From Eledone cirrhosa (lineage: Eukaryota): a stretch of DNA of 64,000 nucleotides. Within the stretch, counting starts at the first letter, position 1. Each line of letters begins with the position of its first letter. Of this stretch, positions 21,301 to 31,900 are shown one piece after another. The stretch is taken from NCBI GenBank assembly GCA_964016885.1, contig OZ024744.1, positions 102,486,001 to 102,550,000 on the forward strand, written 5' to 3'. The notes below the pieces were generated by a model. That model made no database searches, was not told the DNA's origin, and saw nothing but the letters and a program-made list of their open reading frames with translations. The position numbers and the translations under genes are program-made.

Positions 21301-23707
21301 TCCTCGCACAAGCTCTACCAACTGGTGAAGCGGGCCAGCCGAAGCAGTACGGGTATCAGCATAATGATCCGTGATCGGAACGGGGTGGTCATTACCAATC
21401 TTAATGAGCGGCTAGTCCGATGGCGGGACCATTTCTCCGAGCTGCTCAACCACACGCCAACCTGCGTGCAGCTTTCTGGAGAAGAATACGGGTGCAACAC
21501 TGCCCCTCCAACGGTCGAGGAGGTACGTAGTGTCCTGACACATCTCCGTAACAACAAGGTGCCGGGCGAAGATGGCGTTCCAGCTGAGGTCTCCAAGGCC
21601 GAGCCTGATGTCTTCGCAGCTTGGCTCCATCAAGTCTTCTCCTCGGTGTGGGCGATGGAGTGGTTCCCTGGTGACTGGAGCGAGGCAACTCTCCTACCCT
21701 TCTTCAAAAAAGGCGACAGGAAACTGTGTCCCAACTACAGGGGTATCAGTTTAATTGACGTTGCTGCCAAAACCTTTGCAATTCTTCTGCTGAAGAGGTT
21801 CCAGGCCATCCGTGATGTCCGTACCCGTCCTTCTCAGGGTGGCTTCCGTCCGGGAAGGGGGTGCGTTGATCAAATCTTCATTCTCCGGCGTGTCCTGGAA
21901 CAACGGTGGGCATATCAACAGCCTAACAGCCTACCGTCCTCTGCTCCATCGACTTTGCGGCTGCCTTCGACTCAGTAGATTGGGAAGCCCTGTGGCGTAT
22001 GATGCAGGCGGACGGCATCCCAGTGAAGCTGCTTCATCTCATACAAGGCTACTACCGGTCGACTCGGGCCCGAGTGAGGGTCTATGGTGGGGAGACGGAG
22101 TCGTTCGATGTTGGGACCGGTGTTTGGCAGGGGTGTGCGCTATCGCCAACTCTCTTTAACTACACCATTGACTACACTCTCAACACAGCGCTCCGGGATT
22201 ACCCGGACGTAGAGGTCGGGAGAGGGGTCGTGGTGACGGACCTGGCCTACGCGGATGACATCGTGCTGATGGGCGCAAATGGGACAGATGTACAAGGTGC
22301 TCTCGAAAGGGTGCACACTGCAGCCGCCGCTGTTGGTCTACAGATCAATGCCACCAAGTCGAAAGTCATGACGTCACTGGTCTCGCCTGATGCCTGGCAA
22401 CCGATATCTCTCGAGGGCGTGGACCTGGAGTCCGTTTACCTGGGCTCAACAGTGGTTCCAACAGGGCAGGGCGCAGCCGAGGTCAAGCGTCGCATAGGTG
22501 CTGCCAGATCCGCTTTTGGGCGCCTCCAGTGGTGTCTGTGAGACAGAAGATCATCTCGGCGACCAAAGGGCAAATCTACCAGGCCGTCATTCGCACTATC
22601 CTCCTCTATGGCTGTGAAACATGGCCTATGAGGGTAGTCGATCAATGAGGGCGGGAGGTCTTCGACAATGACTGTCTCCGCCGCATCCTTTGCTGTCGAC
22701 ACGTTGATTGGGTACCTACCACCAGTCTTCGTCTTCACCTGAATCTTTGACCCCTTCCTTCAGTGCTTCTGCAACGGTGCTTGAGATGGTTTGGTCACGC
22801 AGCCCGGCGCCCTGAGGGTGAGCTGATCCGTGATGTTCTCCTCCCACCTTCACTCCCTAACTGCCGCAAGCTCGTTGGCGGGCAGCTGATGACCTGTCCG
22901 AACTCTCAGGTCCGCCTGCGCCGATGGAACTGCGACTGGCTCGCTATCTCCAGTGACCTAGCCCGGGACCATTGTACGTGGGCTGCCATCAGGACAAGGG
23001 AAGAAGCTGGCTCAACCCGTCCAGGGTGAATGTCGACACAAGTAAGTAATATAATAAGGCCGCATTCAAGAAATAATTATACATTCTTAAAATCTAAATT
23101 ATTTTGTAAAAATCTAATTACTAAAAGTCAATCAGGAATTTAATGTACATTCTAGAACAAAATTAGAACTAAACCATGAGCATAGAAAGTGTTGAAATGG
23201 CCCTTATGATTTTTAAAATTCTGGCTGTCTGTCAGTGTGGATTATTTTGAAGAATTTTCTTTTACCCTTTGGTACTTAAAGTACATTTATTTATCTTATG
23301 GTTTTAATTAATCTAAGAGAATGACAAAAACATTAATGAGAATTAAAAATTTGTTGGAAATTTTTTATTCTTTCAAAAGGCTGCAGGTTTCCTATCTCCA
23401 CATTAAACTGTTCATATAATTGATAAATATACTGCTAAGAGAAAATCTTAAGAAAATCTTTTGAATACTCACCCCCACCGTTTTTGTAACAAAGAAAAGG
23501 AAAACGCCAAACATTGCCTAAACCAACAGAGAAACCAATACAAGCGAGAAGAAAATCAAGTTTCCTTCCCCATGTTTCCCTCTTCTTGATTTTCGAACCT
23601 GACTCATCACTGATTGTTATGCTGGAATCATCTGTAGATGATGAGCCATTGCTTACTGCTGACATTGTCACAGTAGGCACATCTGGAAATTCAGTTGTTA
23701 GAGTCAT
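3645..23707 (-). CDS. SLC6 sodium- and chloride-dependent transporter, GABA/taurine/creatine subgroup (molluscan TauT / SLC6A6-SLC6A8-like); spliced, 8 coding exons visible, 3' part beyond the left edge
   Basis: Exons 23473-23707, 20272-20403, 16973-17300, 14965-15097, 8038-8172, 7418-7521, 6701-6825 and 3645-3757 join in frame via GT-AG (1305 nt). Motifs: [78 protein letters not shown]. Exact orthologue not determinable without a tree. Confidence 0.95.
3827..3958. repeat. Near-perfect palindrome (65-bp arms, 2-nt loop) in SLC6 intron 7
   Basis: 3827-3891 pairs with 3894-3958; only two non-Watson-Crick pairs (3862/3923 and 3878/3907). Confidence 0.95.
5040..5360 (+). mobile_element. Decayed 3' fragment of an RTE-clade LINE
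   Basis: Translates to ..[48 protein letters not shown], the typical RTE C-terminal (W/Y)GH..R...GxRxRGRP..W motif. Confidence 0.75.
5503..5670 (+). mobile_element. 3' end of a recurrent retroposon family ending in (GAT)n
   Basis: ggtgttaggaagagcatccagctgtaaaa...acccatgc..atggaaaatggacgttaaac + (gat)n. Diverged similar copies near 835-1110, 1685-1760(-), 2833-2935, 14300-14440, 59535-59575(-) and 59775-59912. Confidence 0.7.
6701..6825 (-). CDS. SLC6 coding exon 7 (TM7): [41 protein letters not shown]
   Basis: Translated by hand. Acceptor tccAG, donor CAG|GTAAGT; 125 nt, phase 2-1. Confidence 0.94.
7418..7521 (-). CDS. SLC6 coding exon 6 (TM6): [34 protein letters not shown]
   Basis: Not in the ORF track; translated by hand. 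Acceptor tttcAG, donor AA|GTAAGT; 104 nt, phase 0-2. Confidence 0.94.
7590..7983 (-). mobile_element. Tandem dimer of a tRNA-derived SINE (~190 bp each), probably Meta-domain type
   Basis: Two head-to-tail copies (~7590-7777 and ~7795-7983) with A-box TGGCAGT.TCAG, B-box GAGTTCAAATCC and core gcctttcatccttacggggtc(g/a)ataaaataaagtaccag; aaaatcgataataat occurs at 7575, 7780 and 7986. Confidence 0.9.
8038..8172 (-). CDS. SLC6 coding exon 5 (TM5): [45 protein letters not shown]
   Basis: Acceptor tttcAG, donor CAG|GTAAAT; 135 nt, phase 0-0. Confidence 0.95.
8656..8800. mobile_element. Tc1/mariner-type MITE (~145 bp)
   Basis: ~29-bp imperfect TIRs (caagggggtgctgaaatgttcttgggttt / aaagccaggaacttttcagcaccccttct) flanked by TA at 8654-8655 and 8801-8802. 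Confidence 0.8.
9250..13780 (-). mobile_element. Heavily decayed RTE-like LINE fragment that hosts the 33-bp minisatellite
   Basis: Minus strand: [28 protein letters not shown]-like linker at ~13.6-13.75 kb, [12 protein letters not shown] at ~13.2 kb, VVMTMYE and an FEVK-like remnant at ~9.37-9.44 kb. Many indels. Confidence 0.6.
9420..13220. repeat. Minisatellite, 33-bp unit CTACCCTAACCTACCATTCCTCCACTACCACCA with 24-bp deletion variants (~110 copies), in SLC6 intron 4
   Basis: Directly visible; edges degenerate; almost no G on the + strand. Confidence 0.97.
14965..15097 (-). CDS. SLC6 coding exon 4 (TM4): [44 protein letters not shown]
   Basis: Acceptor ttttAG, donor AAA|GTAAGT; 133 nt, phase 2-0. 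Confidence 0.95.
16973..17300 (-). CDS. SLC6 coding exon 3 (TM3, EL2): [32 protein letters not shown]...[15 protein letters not shown]...DPITEFWE
   Basis: Polypyrimidine tract + cccAG, donor GA|GTAAGT; 328 nt, phase 1-2. Confidence 0.95.
17638..17705 (+). mobile_element. 5'-truncated copy of the same SINE, with a 16-bp TSD
   Basis: ggggtcgataaaataaagtaccag...gtagaaaca flanked by attaaattaaataaac at 17622-17637 and 17706-17721. Confidence 0.88.
17729..18910 (+). mobile_element. Non-autonomous, internally deleted Helitron
   Basis: 5' A|TCTATATTATAAAG; 3' GC-rich ccgg..ccgg hairpin then CTAG at 18907-18910. 18428-18624 encodes a PIF1-like helicase C-terminus [61 protein letters not shown] with one frameshift. 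Confidence 0.88.
20272..20403 (-). CDS. SLC6 coding exon 2 (TM2): [44 protein letters not shown]
   Basis: Acceptor ttgtAG, donor AAG|GTACAT; 132 nt, phase 1-1. Confidence 0.95.
20660..23049 (+). mobile_element. 5'-truncated, disrupted RTE-clade LINE (APE endonuclease remnant + reverse transcriptase), antisense in the intron after SLC6 coding exon 1
   Basis: [69 protein letters not shown] (22248-22259), YLGS, LRWFGH; ends caagtaagtaa. Several frameshifts and stops; no TSD found. Confidence 0.95.
23473..23707 (-). CDS. SLC6 coding exon 1 (N-terminus, TM1): MTLTTEF...[38 protein letters not shown]
   Basis: ATG at 23707-23705; donor G|GTGAGT at 23472; acceptor-like CAGs upstream (exon edge 23718 or 23725). 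The true start could lie in an upstream exon. Confidence 0.92.
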
Positions 23708-25231
23708 TTTTTCTTTTCCTGAAATCTGTAAAAATAAACAGTATCAATTTAGTTCCTGCAATAAGGATCACTAACATCATTTACAATACATTTACCACAA
23801 ATAGCATCTAAACATGCTAAACATGTATATAAGTCACATCTTCATTTTACATACAACATCTATAATGTACCATATATTCTGAATTGATGTTTTGTAGGTT
23901 CAGTAGATAAGTCACAAGGCTTTCACATAGTATTTTTGTGAGAAAAAAAGTATGACATCAACATGAGTATGTATGGCATATCATTTTTAATAATTGTTTT
24001 AAATAAACTATAAAGAAAGCAATAGTCTAAGTTATCAGATTTCAAAGAATTTCGAATAGTTTAATCCATTACATCCTGCACCACATCAGCAAAACATCCT
24101 TGAAGTGTACAAAACAACACTATGACTATATCACATTAAATATTAACATATTCTCACAACAATCAGTCCACCAGTAAAGAGACTAAATATTTAAATTTAA
24201 AAAAAAAATGTTAATATCATTGTTTGAATAGACTGATGCTACAAAAGTAGCCTATTGAAAACTTGCTCAATCAACAGTCTGCTTGTGACCTTATATGCAC
24301 ATATATATATTTATTCGTAAACATACTAGATATCACTAAATATACAAAATGCACATACTTATATGTATACAGCTATGTTGGAATGAACACCTTAACACTT
24401 TAGCATTTAAACCGGCCATATCTGGCCAGAATTCTCTCACCTGTTCAAACCCGTTTGCTGTAACTGGCCACTGATAATGATGTTAAAGTATTGTTCTCAA
24501 AATAAATAATATCAAAATCTCATTCGATATTATGTGAGATAAAGCCTTTACTGCAAAAATACAACAGTAAATATAGAGTAATGTAAATTCTAAAGGATTT
24601 ATTCTATTTTCAGGCTAAACCAGCTGATAGCTTTATATGCAAATGAAGCTAATCAGCCTATGTACATAGGCGTCAAAACTGTGTTTTCGCCTATACTGAA
24701 TTCCAGCAGAGAACAGGGTAAGGGAGTACTGTCATGATAACAAGCAAAGTCAGAAACAATGATCATCAACAGTTACCCACCCCTGCTTTTACTGGAATCC
24801 ACTAGATGCCTCAATGTCACCAGCTTTCAAATGTTTATTTGTAAACATACCATACCGCTAGATATACAAATAAAATTATATGTATTGGTTGATCTTTGCA
24901 ATTAACAAACTATTGTGTAATCAAGCTTAAGCACTCAAAGACATAGCTATTCTTAAAGGCAAGAATAGGTATGACGTATATGGTATCTGATGGAGTATTG
25001 TTATGCTATTCAGTGAGAAGAGATGGTTTTTACGTGTTCTGCTTCAATTTATTGTTACATAACACTGATTATGTACATCACAAAGACATTAAACTGTCAT
25101 TGTGTAATCTCTAATGTATTGCCATCAGGCAAGTATTTTGTTTTTGATATGCTCGTTGTTAAACAGTTGTTATTCACCTGAGCTCCAACAGACATATATG
25201 GGTGTTATGTAAAACAATAAATGAAAGCATA

Positions 25232-25343
25232 AATAATTTTGTTTCTACTTTAGGCACAAGGCCAGCAATTACCCTGTGCATTACTGGTACTTTATTTTAT
25301 CGACCCCGTAAGGATGAAAGGCAAAGTCAACTTCGGCGGGATT
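25232..25343 (-). mobile_element. 5'-truncated SINE copy (same family)
   Basis: Near-identical to the 3' ~110 bp of the copies at 7.6 kb and 60 kb. Confidence 0.88.
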
Positions 25344-25714
25344 AATAAAACAATCTTCTATTTGCTGAATACCATATATAAATATATAAATATATGCATA
25401 TATTCACATATGCACACGTCCGTGTGTGGCTCACATTTAACTATGTCTATGATTACACACTTAATAACTGGTGCCATTTTGTCTGCTAAATTATTAGCAG
25501 TTCAGAAATTAGAGATCAATAAAATAGGTACTAGACTAAATACACATGTACTACAGTTGATCTGATCGATTAAATCCTTGAAGGTAGTCCAAAGATTAAA
25601 TATATATATATATATGTACATACACAGACACACATATATATATATATAATAATGATGATGATATACATACACGCACACACATACATGTATGTATGTATGT
25701 ATAAACACACATAC

Positions 25715-25805
25715 AGATGGCTGTATAGTTAAGAAGTTTTCCTTTCAACCATGTGGTATTGGTTTCAATTCCAATGTGTGGCATCTTGATTAACTGTTCT
25801 CCATT
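25715..25805 (+). mobile_element. Diverged tRNA-like SINE head
   Basis: tggctgtatagttaag (A-box-like) ... ggtttcaattcc (B-box-like); a similar remnant lies near 63335-63430. Confidence 0.5.
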
Positions 25806-25918
25806 AATAGTTTTATGTTATTTACATTGTTCACCCACCTTGGACTGACGTGGCATCAACCACTGTGCACCATTGTGGTCAAGTCACCCATGTTGAGCTG
25901 AGCTGGCTCCAACCTAAG

Positions 25919-28900
25919 CACCCACAACATTACTAACAGTGGCTGTCTACCCACAACATTACTAACAGTGGTTGTCCACCCACAGCAATACTAACAGTGG
26001 CTGTCCACCCACAACATTACTAACAGTGGCTGTCTACCCACAACAATACTAACAGTGGCTGTCTACCCACAACATTACTAACAGTGGTTGTCCACCCACA
26101 ACAATACTAACAGTGGCTGTCCACCCACAACAATACTAACAGTGGCTGTCTACCCACAACATTACTAACAGTGGCTGTCTACCCACAACAATACTAACAG
26201 TGGCTGTCCACCCACAGCAATACTAACAGTGGCTGTCTACCCACAGTAATACTAACAGTGGCTGTCCACCCACAACAATACTAACAGTGGCTGTCTACCC
26301 ACAACAATACTAACAGTGGCTGTCTACCCACAACAATACTAACAGTGGCTGTCTACCCACAACATTACTAACAGTGGCTATCTACCCACAACATTACTAA
26401 CAGTGGCTGTCTACCCACAACAATACTAACAGTGGCTGTCCACCCACAACAATACTAACAGTGGCTGTCCACCCACAACAATACTAACAGTGGCTGTCTA
26501 CCCACAGCAATACTAACAGTGGCTGTCCACCCACAGCAATACTACCAGTGGCTGTCCACCCACAGTAATACTAACAGTGGCTGTCCACCCACAACAATAC
26601 TAACACTGGCTGTCTCCCCACAGCAATACTAACAGTGGCTGTCTACCCACAACAATACTAACAGTGGATGTCCACAACAGTCGCTGTCCACCCACAGCAA
26701 TACTAACAGTGGCTGTCCACCCACAACAATACTAACAGTGGCTGTCTACCCACAACAATACTAACAGTGGATGTCCACAACAGTGGCTGTCCACCCACAG
26801 CAATACTAACAGTGGCTGTCCACCCACAACAATACTAACTGGCTGTCTACCCACAACAATACTAACAGTGGCTGTCTACCCACAACAATACTAACAGTGG
26901 CTGTCTACCCACAACAATACTAACACTGGCTGTCCACCCACAACAATACTAACACTGGTTGTCCACCCACAGCAATACTAACAGTGGCTGTCCACCCACA
27001 ACATTGCTAACAGTGGCTGTCTACCCACAATAATACTAACAGTGGCTGTCCACCCACAACATTACTAACAGTGGCTGTCTACCCACAACAATACTAACAG
27101 TGGCTGTCTACCCACAACAATACTAACAGTGGATGCCTACCCACAGCAATACTAACAGTGGCTGTCCACCCACAATATTACTAACAGTGGCTGTCCACCC
27201 ACAACATTACTAACAGTGGCTGTCCACCCACAACATTACTAACAGTGGCTGCCCACCCACAGCAATACTAACAGTGGCTGTCCACCCACAACATTACTAA
27301 CAGTGGCTGTCCACCCACAATATTACTAACAGTGGCTGTCCACCCACAACAATACTAACAGTGGCTGTCCACCCACAATATTACTAACAGTGGCTGTCCA
27401 CCCACAACAATACTAACAGTGGATGCCTACCCACAGCAATACTAACAGTGGATGCCTACCCACAGCAATACTAACAGTGGCTGTCCACCCACAATATTAC
27501 TAACAGTGGCTGTCCACCCACAACATTACTAACAGTGGCTGTCCACCCACAACATTACTAACAGTGGCTGCCCACCCACAGCAATACTAACAGTGGCTGT
27601 CCACCCACAACATTACTAACAGTGGCTGTCTACCCACAGCAATACTACCAGTGGCTGTCCACCCACAGTAATACTAACAGTGGCTGTCTACCCACAATAA
27701 TACTACCAGTGGCTGTCCACCCACAGTAATACTAACAGTGGCTGTCTACCCACAATAATACTAACAGTGGCTGTCCACCCACAATATTACTAACAGTGGT
27801 TGTCTACCCACAACAATACTAACAGTGGCTGTCTACCCACAGTAATACTAACAGTGGCTGTCTACCCACAATAATACTGACAGTGGCTGTCCACCCACAA
27901 CAATACTAACAGTGGCTGCCCACCCACAGCAATACTAACAGTGGCTGTCCACCCACAGCAATACTAACAGTGGCTGTCTACCCACAATAATACTAACAGT
28001 GGCTGTCCACCCACAGCATTACTAACAGTGGCTGTACACCCACAACATTACTAACAGTGGCTGTCTACCCACAACATTACTAACAGTGGCTGTCTACCCA
28101 CATTACTAACAGTGGCTGTCCACCCACAATATTACTAACAGTGGCTGTCCACCCACAACATTACTAACAGTGGCTGCCACCCACAATAATACTAACAGTG
28201 GCTGTCTACCCACAACAATACTAACAGTGGCTGTCCACCAACAACAATACTAACAGTGGCTGTCTACCCACAACAATACTAACAGTGGCTGTCTACCCAC
28301 AACAATACTAACAGTGGCTGTCTACCCACAACATTACTAACAGTGGCTATCTACCCACAACATTACTAACAGTGGCTGTCTACCCACAACAATACTAACA
28401 GTGGCTGTCCACCCACAACAATACTAACAGTGGCTGTCCACCCACAACAATACTAACAGTGGCTGTCTACCCACAGCAATACTAACAGTGGCTGTCCACC
28501 CACAACAATACTAACAGTGGCTGTCCACCCACAACAATACTAACAGTGGCTGTCCACCCACAGCAATACTAACAGTGGCTGTCCACCCACAGTAATACTA
28601 ACAGTGGCTGTCCACCCACAACAATACTAACACTGGCTGTCTCCCCACAGCAATACTAACAGTGGCTGTCTACCCACAACAATACTAACAGTGGATGTCC
28701 ACAACAGTCGCTGTCCACCCACAGCAATACTAACAGTGGCTGTCCACCCACAACAATACTAACAGTGGCTGTCTACCCACAACAATACTAACAGTGGATG
28801 TCCACAACAGTGGCTGTCCACCCACAGCAATACTAACAGTGGCTGTCCACCCACAACAATACTAACTGGCTGTCTACCCACAACAATACTAACAGTGGCT

Positions 28901-31900
28901 GTCTACCCACAACAATACTAACAGTGGCTGTCTACCCACAACAATACTAACACTGGCTGTCCACCCACAACAATACTAACACTGGTTGTCCACCCACAGC
29001 AATACTAACAGTGGCTGTCCACCCACAACATTGCTAACAGTGGCTGTCTACCCACAATAATACTAACAGTGGCTGTCCACCCACAACATTACTAACAGTG
29101 GCTGTCTACCCACAACAATACTAACAGTGGCTGTCTACCCACAACAATACTAACAGTGGATGCCTACCCACAGCAATACTAACAGTGGCTGTCCACCCAC
29201 AATATTACTAACAGTGGCTGTCCACCCACAACATTACTAACAGTGGCTGTCCACCCACAACATTACTAACAGTGGCTGCCCACCCACAGCAATACTAACA
29301 GTGGCTGTCCACCCACAACATTACTAACAGTGGCTGTCCACCCACAATATTACTAACAGTGGCTGTCCACCCACAACAATACTAACAGTGGCTGTCCACC
29401 CACAATATTACTAACAGTGGCTGTCCACCCACAACAATACTAACAGTGGATGCCTACCCACAGCAATACTAACAGTGGATGCCTACCCACAGCAATACTA
29501 ACAGTGGCTGTCCACCCACAATATTACTAACAGTGGCTGTCCACCCACAACATTACTAACAGTGGCTGTCCACCCACAACATTACTAACAGTGGCTGCCC
29601 ACCCACAGCAATACTAACAGTGGCTGTCCACCCACAACATTACTAACAGTGGCTGTCTACCCACAGCAATACTACCAGTGGCTGTCCACCCACAGTAATA
29701 CTAACAGTGGCTGTCTACCCACAATAATACTACCAGTGGCTGTCCACCCACAGTAATACTAACAGTGGCTGTCTACCCACAATAATACTAACAGTGGCTG
29801 TCCACCCACAATATTACTAACAGTGGTTGTCTACCCACAACAATACTAACAGTGGCTGTCTACCCACAGTAATACTAACAGTGGCTGTCTACCCACAATA
29901 ATACTGACAGTGGCTGTCCACCCACAACAATACTAACAGTGGCTGCCCACCCACAGCAATACTAACAGTGGCTGTCCACCCACAGCAATACTAACAGTGG
30001 CTGTCTACCCACAATAATACTAACAGTGGCTGTCCACCCACAGCATTACTAACAGTGGCTGTACACCCACAACATTACTAACAGTGGCTGTCTACCCACA
30101 ACATTACTAACAGTGGCTGTCTACCCACATTACTAACAGTGGCTGTCCACCCACAATATTACTAACAGTGGCTGTCCACCCACAACATTACTAACAGTGG
30201 CTGCCACCCACAATAATACTAACAGTGGCTGTCTACCCACAACAATACTAACAGTGGCTGTCCACCAACAACAATACTAACAGTGGCTGTCTACCCACAA
30301 CAATACTAACAGTGGCTGTCTACCCACAACAATACTAACAGTGGCTGTCTACCCACAACATTACTAACAGTGGCTATCTACCCACAACATTACTAACAGT
30401 GGCTGTCTACCCACAACAATACTAACAGTGGCTGTCCACCCACAACAATACTAACAGTGGCTGTCCACCCACAACAATACTAACAGTGGCTGTCTACCCA
30501 CAGCAATACTAACAGTGGCTGTCCACCCACAACAATACTAACAGTGGCTGTCCACCCACAACAATACTAACAGTGGCTGTCCACCCACAGCAATACTAAC
30601 AGTGGCTGTCCACCCACAGTAATACTAACAGTGGCTGTCCACCCACAACAATACTAACACTGGCTGTCTCCCCACAGCAATACTAACAGTGGCTGTCTAC
30701 CCACAACAATACTAACATTGGATGTCCACCCACAGTAATACTAACAGTGGCTGTCCACCCACAGCAATACTAACAGTGGCTGTCCACCCACAACAATACT
30801 AACTGGCTGTCTACCCACAACAATACTAACAGTGGCTGTCTACCCACAACAATACTAACAGTGGCTGTCTACCCACAGTAATACTAACAGTGGCTGTCTA
30901 CCCACAACAATACTAACACTGGCTGTCCACCCACAACAATACTAACACTGGTTGTCCACCCACAGCAATACTAACAGTGGCTGTCCACCGACAACATTGC
31001 TAACAGTGGCTGTCTACCCACAATAATACTAACAGTGGCTGTCCACCCACAACATTACTAACAGTGGCTGTCTACCCACAACAATACTAACAGTGGCTGT
31101 CTACCCACAACAATACTAACAGTGGATGCCTACCCACAGCAATACTAACAGTGGCTGTCCACCCACAACATTACTAACAGTGGCTGTCCACCCACAACAT
31201 TACTAACAGTGGCTGCCCACCCACAGCAATACTAACAGTGGCTGTCCACCCACAACATTACTAACAGTGGCTGTCCATCCACAATATTACTAACAGTGGC
31301 TGTCCACCCACAACAATACTAACAGTGGCTGTCCACCCACAATATTACTAACAGTGGCTGTCCACTCACAACAATACTAACAGTGGATGCCTACCCACAG
31401 CAATACTAACAGTGGCTGTCCACCCACAATATTACTAACAGTGGCTGTCCACCCACAACATTACTAACAGTGGCTGTCCACCCACAACATTACTAACAGT
31501 GGCTGCCCACCCACAGCAATACTAACAGTGGCTGTCCACCCACAACATTACTAACAGTGGCTGTCTACCCACAACATTACTAACAGTGGCTGTCCACCCA
31601 CAACATTACTAACAGTGGCTGTCCACCCACAACATTACTAACAGTGGCTGCCCACCCACAGCAATACTAACAGTGGCTGTCCACCCACAACATTACTAAC
31701 AGTGGCTGTCTACCCACAGCAATACTACCAGTGGCTGTCCACCCACAGTAATACTAAGTGGCTGTCTACCCACAATAATACTACCAGTGGCTGTCCACCC
31801 ACAGTAATACTAACAGTGGCTGTCTACCCACAATAATACTAACAGTGGCTGTCCACCCACAATATTACTAACAGTGGTTGTCTACCCACAACAATACTAA

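Noticed and set aside
20659-22738. Overlapping alternative-frame and antisense ORFs in the LINE
   Set aside because: Shadow ORFs of GC-rich RT sequence.
24392-24460. TTAA-flanked piggyBac-like MITE terminus
   Set aside because: Only one putative end seen; no matching second TIR.
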